From Eubacteriaceae bacterium Marseille-Q4139 (GTDB taxonomy: Bacteria; Bacillota; Clostridia; Lachnospirales; Lachnospiraceae), in assembly GCA_018223415.1 (NCBI GenBank), contig JAGTTQ010000001.1:2557498-2621497 (forward strand): a stretch of DNA of 64,000 bases, given 5' to 3'. Positions 58,482 to 64,000 of the stretch are shown in pieces. Position 1 is the stretch's first letter. Each line of letters starts with the position of its first letter. Both the position numbers and the translations under genes were made by a program. Under the pieces are notes generated by a model that saw only the letters and a program-made list of their open reading frames with translations, was not told the origin of the DNA and did not search any database.

Positions 58482-60082
58482 GAATCGTTCTCCTTCCTGA
58501 CGAATGTGAGGGTGAAGAAGGTGCCTTCGCCTTCTTCGGTGTCAATGGAGATTTCCCCGCCGTATTCCTCAATGATCTGATGGATCAGGAACAGGCCGGT
58601 GCCGCGCCCGGCGCCTTTGGAGGAAACGCCTTTTTCATAGATATGTTCAAGAAGCTCCGGCGGGATGCCGCGCCCCGTGTCCTCGCAGGTGATGATGCTG
58701 CACCCGGGGCTTATGTAGACGCCGAGGGTGATTTCGCGCACCTCTTTCTGGCAGGCGGAAAGCTCTTCGATGGCATTTTCTAAGAGGTTTCCCAGGATTG
58801 TGATGTAGGAATTGACAGGCATCAGCAGATCCTTTTCGGCGCAGCGGCTGTCATGGCTTACAGAAAGCAGGATCCCAAGCTCCGCCGCATGCATCATCTT
58901 CCCGATGACGAGGGCGCAGATATTGGATTCCCTGAGACAGTCGGCCGTCTGGCGGACAGCCTGGCTGGAAACCAGGTTGCTGTTTACAATGAAGGAAATG
59001 GCTTTTTCTGTCTCACCGGTCTGGAGATAGCCGAGAATCACATGGAGCTTATTGAGAAATTCATGGTTGAAGGCCCGCAGGGTGTCCAGCATGCTCTTTG
59101 CCCCGGAAAGCTCGTCGGACAGGGCTTCCATCTCCGTCCTGTCGTTTAAAATCATGAGGCTTCCCTGGATGTTGCCCGAGTTTTCAATGGGGATTTCGCT
59201 GACAAAGAGCGGGTGCCCGTAGAGTGTATGAGGCATGTGGTAGGAAGCCTCGCCGGTGCGGAGGACAGAGCCGGCCGCCGCAGCCGGGAAAAGCTCGGTA
59301 ATCAGCCGCCCGCGGAGCCTGGTATTTTCCGGGAAAATCCGCCTTGCCGCATGGTTCGCAAAAAGGATTTTTCCCTCCCGGTCCGCGGCAATCAGGCCTT
59401 CCTCCAGGGTATTTAAGACGTCGCTCTGCTTTAAGTACAAATCGAGAAGCTCTTCCGGCTGATGGCCCATGAGCGAGGACTGGAGGAGCCGGACGATACC
59501 ATGGGACAAAAGGACGCTGACCGGGATCATGGCGCAGAGAATCAGCGCGTAGGGGAGAAGCAGCATCCTGGCCTGTTCTGAGATATAGGAAGTAAAGACG
59601 GAGGCGATGACGAAGCCCACGATAGTACCGTCCTGGTCGGTGACGGCATGGAAGGCCCGGCGCTGTGTGCCCCGGGTGCCGAAGCCTGTGGTAATGTAGG
59701 GCTCGCTTCCGGCCAGAATGTCATCCTGTTCGCCCTCCACGTAGGTTTCACCGCTTTCCTGCCGGTTCGTATGGTAAAAACGAAGGCCGTTGGCATCGTA
59801 GACGGCTAACACGTTGATGTCGGGGAAATACTGATGGATGGCGTCCAGCTCCCGGATGGCCGCCGGATAGGGATAGCCGTCCTTTAACATGGCCGTCACC
59901 TGTTCCATGGAGGCCACGTACGCAGCGATGCTGCTGATGTTTTTGTCAAGCTCACGCTTCTGACGCGTCAGTGCAAAGGTCAGGGTCACGCCGAGGGAAA
60001 GGGTGAGGAGCGATAGGGAGATGGAGAGAAAGCCGAAAAAAATCTGTTTTTCAAGGGAAAGGCTTCGGATTTTCTGAAGCAT
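58466..60082 (-). CDS. CitA/DcuS-family sensor histidine kinase
   Basis: two TM helices flanking a periplasmic sensor domain, cytoplasmic PAS, SpoIIE-like H-box region, HATPase_c; overlaps the regulator gene; start set at MLQKIRS after RBS GGAGGTG. Confidence 0.85.
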   Translation of the reverse strand: MLQKIRSLSLEKQIFFGFLSISLSLLTLSLGVTLTFALTRQKRELDKNISSIAAYVASMEQVTAMLKDGYPYPAAIRELDAIHQYFPDINVLAVYDANGLRFYHTNRQESGETYVEGEQDDILAGSEPYITTGFGTRGTQRRAFHAVTDQDGTIVGFVIASVFTSYISEQARMLLLPYALILCAMIPVSVLLSHGIVRLLQSSLMGHQPEELLDLYLKQSDVLNTLEEGLIAADREGKILFANHAARRIFPENTRLRGRLITELFPAAAAGSVLRTGEASYHMPHTLYGHPLFVSEIPIENSGNIQGSLMILNDRTEMEALSDELSGAKSMLDTLRAFNHEFLNKLHVILGYLQTGETEKAISFIVNSNLVSSQAVRQTADCLRESNICALVIGKMMHAAELGILLSVSHDSRCAEKDLLMPVNSYITILGNLLENAIEELSACQKEVREITLGVYISPGCSIITCEDTGRGIPPELLEHIYEKGVSSKGAGRGTGLFLIHQIIEEYGGEISIDTEEGEGTFFTLTFVRKENDSCITS

Positions 60083-60369
60083 GGCGCACCTCCGGGAAGT
60101 TTCGTTTTCATCTTCATCAGTATAATGAAAAATGAAGGAAGTTGCAACCGGGAAATCGGAAAGCCAGCCGTCCCGGTGAATAGAAAACGGACTTTCGGCG
60201 CATATTTTTCCATGTCGGGGGCCAGGGGGCGGAAAAACATCGGAAAAACAGGAAAAACCGCGGTCACTTTGTAAAAAAGGACTTGCTATTTCCGGAAATA
60301 TTAGGTACAATAAAACGTAGGTTGATTATAATTTAACAATCACATATATTTTTTAGGAGGAATGAAAGA

Positions 60370-61386
60370 ATGGCAGTTAAGGTAGCAATTAACGGTTTCG
60401 GACGTATCGGACGTCTCGCTTTCAGACAGATGTTCCAGGCAGAGGGCTATGAGGTAGTGGCAATCAACGACCTTACCAATCCGGCCATGTTAGCCCATCT
60501 TTTAAAGTATGACTCTTCCCAGGGCAGATACGCTCTTGCAGATACCGTATCCGCAGGTGAGGATTCCATCACCGTAAACGGACAGACCATCAAGATCTAC
60601 GCAGAGGCAGACGCTTCCAAGCTTCCGTGGGGCGAGATCGGCGTAGACGTTGTTTTAGAGTGTACAGGCTTCTATACCTCCAAGACAAAGGCTGAGGCTC
60701 ACATCAAAGCCGGCGCCAAGAAGGTTGTTATTTCCGCTCCGGCAGGAAATGACCTTCCGACTATCGTATTCAGCGTAAATGAGAACACCCTGACAAAAGA
60801 GGACACCATCATTTCCGCTGCTTCCTGTACGACAAACTGCCTGGCTCCGATGGCAAAGGCATTAAATGACTATGCCCCGATCCAGTCCGGCATCATGTCC
60901 ACGATCCACGCTTACACCGGCGACCAGATGGTTTTAGACGGCCCGCACAGAAAAGGCGACTTCAGACGTGCCCGCGCTGCCGCTGTCAATATCGTTCCCA
61001 ACTCCACAGGCGCTGCCAAGGCTATCGGCCTTGTTATTCCGGAGTTAAACGGCAAGTTAATCGGCTCCGCACAGCGTGTTCCGGTTCCGACCGGCTCCAC
61101 CACGATCCTTGTTGCCGTTGTTAAGGGCAAGGACGTTACGAAGGAAGGCATCAACGCCGCTATGAAGGCAGCCGCTTCCGCTTCCTTTGGCTACAATGAG
61201 GAAGAGATCGTTTCCTCCGACGTCATCGGAATGACCTACGGCTCCTTATTCGATGCAACCCAGACCATGGTTTCCAAGGTTGACGAGGACACCTATCAGG
61301 TACAGGTTGTTTCCTGGTACGACAACGAGAACTCCTACACAAGCCAGATGGTACGCACCATCAAATACTTTGCAGAGTTAGGTTAA
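60370..61386 (+). CDS. gap: glyceraldehyde-3-phosphate dehydrogenase
   Basis: INGFGRIGR, active site [10 protein letters not shown]. Confidence 0.97.
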   Translation: MAVKVAINGFGRIGRLAFRQMFQAEGYEVVAINDLTNPAMLAHLLKYDSSQGRYALADTVSAGEDSITVNGQTIKIYAEADASKLPWGEIGVDVVLECTGFYTSKTKAEAHIKAGAKKVVISAPAGNDLPTIVFSVNENTLTKEDTIISAASCTTNCLAPMAKALNDYAPIQSGIMSTIHAYTGDQMVLDGPHRKGDFRRARAAAVNIVPNSTGAAKAIGLVIPELNGKLIGSAQRVPVPTGSTTILVAVVKGKDVTKEGINAAMKAAASASFGYNEEEIVSSDVIGMTYGSLFDATQTMVSKVDEDTYQVQVVSWYDNENSYTSQMVRTIKYFAELG

Positions 61387-61397
61387 TGGCTCATAGT

Positions 61398-61435
61398 AAG
61401 AGGCCGGTCATGGATGGCCGGCCTCTTTTGCAATA
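61398..61435 (+). terminator. intrinsic terminator after gap
   Basis: AGAGGCCGG-ucauggaug-GCCGGCCUCUUUUG. Confidence 0.6.
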
Positions 61436-61459
61436 TTTTTTAAAAGGAGATATGGATCC

Positions 61460-62665
61460 ATGTTAAATAAGAAATCCGTTGACGATATCAATGTAAAGGG
61501 AAAACGCGTGCTGGTGCGCTGCGACTTCAACGTACCGTTAAAGGAGGGAAAGATCACCGACGAGAACCGTCTCGTGGCTGCCCTTCCGACCATTAAAAAA
61601 TTAGTAAACGACGGCGGAAAGATCATCCTCTGCTCCCACCTTGGAAAGCCGAAGGGAGAGCCGAAGCCGGAGCTTTCCCTGGCGCCTGTTGCAAAGAGGC
61701 TTTCCGAGCTTCTCGGCCAGGAAGTGAAGTTTGCGGCTGACAACGAGGTAGTCGGCCCCAACGCGAAGGCAGCCGTTGAGGCTATGAAGGACGGCGACGT
61801 GATCCTTCTTGAGAACACCCGCTACCGCGCCGAGGAGACGAAGAACGGCGAGGCCTTCAGCAAAGACCTGGCTTCCCTCTGCGACGTATTTGTAAACGAT
61901 GCCTTCGGTACGGCACACCGTGCCCACTGCTCCAACGTAGGCGTGACCCAGTTCGTAGACACCTCCGTTGTGGGCTACTTAATGCAGAAAGAAATCGACT
62001 TCCTCGGAAACGCCGTGGAGAACCCGGTCCGCCCGTTCGTTGCCATCTTAGGCGGCGCAAAGGTAGCCGATAAGTTAAACGTCATTTCCAACCTGCTGGA
62101 AAAATGCGACACTTTAATCATCGGCGGCGGCATGGCCTACACCTTCTTAAAGGCACAGGGCAAGGAAGTCGGAACCTCCCTGGTGGACGAAACCAAGCTT
62201 GACTACTGCAAGGAAATGATTGCAAAGGCAGAGAGCCTCGGAAAGAAGCTGCTTCTTCCGGTGGACACGGCCGTTGTTGCCGAGTTCCCGAACCCCATCG
62301 ACGCTCCTGTCGATGCGAAGTACGTTTCCGTTGACGCCATGCCGGCAGACATGATGGGCGTTGATATCGGGCCGGAAACATGCGCCCTTTATGTGGATGC
62401 CGTGAAGAACGCGAAGACGGTCGTCTGGAACGGGCCTATGGGTATCTTCGAGAACCCGACGTTAGCAGCCGGCACCATCGCCGTTGCAAAGGCTCTCGCT
62501 GAGACGGATGCCACGACGGTTATCGGCGGCGGTGACTCCGCAGCAGCCGTGAACCAGCTTGGCTTCGGCGACAAGATGACGCATATTTCCACCGGCGGCG
62601 GCGCTTCCCTTGAGTTCTTAGAGGGCAAGGAGCTTCCGGGCGTGGCAGCAGCCAACGACAAATAG
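61460..62665 (+). CDS. pgk: phosphoglycerate kinase
   Basis: [10 protein letters not shown] and full-length PGK pattern. Confidence 0.97.
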   Translation: MLNKKSVDDINVKGKRVLVRCDFNVPLKEGKITDENRLVAALPTIKKLVNDGGKIILCSHLGKPKGEPKPELSLAPVAKRLSELLGQEVKFAADNEVVGPNAKAAVEAMKDGDVILLENTRYRAEETKNGEAFSKDLASLCDVFVNDAFGTAHRAHCSNVGVTQFVDTSVVGYLMQKEIDFLGNAVENPVRPFVAILGGAKVADKLNVISNLLEKCDTLIIGGGMAYTFLKAQGKEVGTSLVDETKLDYCKEMIAKAESLGKKLLLPVDTAVVAEFPNPIDAPVDAKYVSVDAMPADMMGVDIGPETCALYVDAVKNAKTVVWNGPMGIFENPTLAAGTIAVAKALAETDATTVIGGGDSAAAVNQLGFGDKMTHISTGGGASLEFLEGKELPGVAAANDK

Positions 62666-62687
62666 ATTGTAAAGAGGGGTAAGGAAC

Positions 62688-63440
62688 ATGGCAAGAAGGA
62701 AAATCATTGCAGGAAACTGGAAAATGAACATGACGCCGAGCGAGGCCGTGGCTCTGGCTGAGACCTTAAAGCCGCTTGTGGCGACAGAAGAGGCCGACGT
62801 AGTCTTCTGCGTGCCGGCCATCGACATCATTCCGGTGGCAGAGGCTGTAAAGGGCACCAACATCGCCGTTGGCGCGGAGAACATGTATTTTGAGGAAAAG
62901 GGCGCTTATACGGGCGAAATTTCCCCGAACATGCTGACAGATGCCGGCGTAAAATATGTGATCCTTGGCCATTCCGAGAGACGTGAGTATTTCGCGGAGA
63001 CTGACGAGACGGTCAACAAGAAGGTTTTAAAGGCCTTCGAGCACGGCCTGATCCCGATCATCTGCTGCGGCGAGACTCTGACCCAGAGGGAACAGGGCAT
63101 CACCATCGACTGGGTGCGCAAGCAGGTGAAGATTGCCTTCCAGAACGTGACGGCAGACCAGGCAAAGCAGGCGGTCATCGCCTACGAGCCGATCTGGGCC
63201 ATCGGAACAGGAAAGACTGCCACGACGGCGCAGGCAGAGGAAGTCTGCGGCGCCATCCGTGCCTGCATCGGCGAGATCTACGATGAAGCCACGAAGGAAG
63301 CCATCCGCATCCAGTACGGCGGCTCCGTAAACGCAGGCAATGCGGCCGAACTGTTCGCTGAGCCGGACATCGACGGCGGCCTTGTGGGCGGCGCGTCCTT
63401 AAAGGCTGAGTTCGGAAATATCGTCAATTATAATAAGTAA
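62688..63440 (+). CDS. tpiA: triosephosphate isomerase
   Basis: IIAGNWKMN, active site [11 protein letters not shown]. Confidence 0.97.
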   Translation: MARRKIIAGNWKMNMTPSEAVALAETLKPLVATEEADVVFCVPAIDIIPVAEAVKGTNIAVGAENMYFEEKGAYTGEISPNMLTDAGVKYVILGHSERREYFAETDETVNKKVLKAFEHGLIPIICCGETLTQREQGITIDWVRKQVKIAFQNVTADQAKQAVIAYEPIWAIGTGKTATTAQAEEVCGAIRACIGEIYDEATKEAIRIQYGGSVNAGNAAELFAEPDIDGGLVGGASLKAEFGNIVNYNK

Positions 63441-63456
63441 GAACAGGTTCAGAGGA

Positions 63457-63494
63457 AAGACGCCCTGCGGCCATGGCCCCGGGCGTCTTTTTAG
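63457..63494 (+). terminator. intrinsic terminator after tpiA
   Basis: AAGACGCCC-ugcggccauggcc-CCGGGCGUCUUUUU. Confidence 0.6.
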
Positions 63495-63510
63495 ACGGAG
63501 GAGAGGTTTT

Positions 63511-63933
63511 ATGGAGTATCAAAGATTTGGAAATACGATGTTCGTGCGGATTGACCGGGGAGAGGAAATTTTAGAGGAAATGAAAAAGGCGGCCGAGGCG
63601 GAACATGTGAAGCTGGCGACGGTGAGCGCCCTGGGCGCTTTAAGCTCCATGGCTGTCGGCGTCTATGACGTGGAGAAAAAGCAGTATTTCGGGAACGAGT
63701 TTTCCGGGGCCCTTGAGATTGTGTCCTTAACAGGCACCATCACCACCATGAACGGCGAATATTACAGCCACATCCATCTGGCGGCCGCAGACGATAAGGG
63801 GAACGTGTTCGGCGGCCACATGAACAAGGGGATTGTGAGCGCCACCTGCGAGATGGTGATTACGGTCATTGACGGCACCGTGGAGAGGGAAAAGGACGAT
63901 GTGACCGGGCTTAATCTTTTTAAATTTTTGTAG
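63511..63933 (+). CDS. PPC-domain (DUF296) protein
   Basis: 140-aa protein with a DUF296/PPC-like pattern. Confidence 0.6.
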   Translation: MEYQRFGNTMFVRIDRGEEILEEMKKAAEAEHVKLATVSALGALSSMAVGVYDVEKKQYFGNEFSGALEIVSLTGTITTMNGEYYSHIHLAAADDKGNVFGGHMNKGIVSATCEMVITVIDGTVEREKDDVTGLNLFKFL

Positions 63934-64000
63934 TCGGCCAGGCTTCTTGACAAGGGGGCATCTTTACGCTATAATACGTTGAATGTATCATAAGGGGCAG

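Overview
This 64 kb window looks like chromosomal DNA from a moderately GC-rich (~58-60%), spore-forming member of the Clostridia. Supporting genes are cotJABC, spoVB, sortase B, several spore/cell-wall hydrolases and pflBA; genes are densely packed on both strands. Core metabolism present: pyruvate formate-lyase with its activase behind a ZTP riboswitch, gpmI, the gap-pgk-tpi glycolytic operon, nifS-iscU-mnmA, apt, dinB, sbcDC and nfo. Transport and regulation: an Opp/Dpp-type peptide ABC operon behind an M28 peptidase, two orphan TAXI-type solute-binding proteins, an OmpR-type and a CitA/DcuS-type two-component system, an ABC-2 exporter with a GldG-like accessory protein, and a MATE pump. 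Two tRNAs are present (Val-CAC, Ser-CGA). The points worth a second look are listed here, with (1) to (3) the strongest candidates for something undescribed. (1) A 173-aa extremely Cys/Gly/Asn/Trp/Tyr-rich protein behind a sigmaK-type promoter, a candidate new spore coat or exosporium component. (2) A co-directional, tightly linked SPFH / double zinc-ribbon / TPM(YgcG) membrane gene trio. (3) A ~60-nt structured RNA motif present twice with compensatory stem changes, one copy flanked by perfect 35-bp direct repeats. (4) Two inverted copies of a ~190-205 bp MITE-like element with terminal inverted repeats, bracketing a 28 kb segment. (5) A ~0.7 kb islet bounded by a duplicated tRNA-Ser 3' end, resembling an att-site scar.
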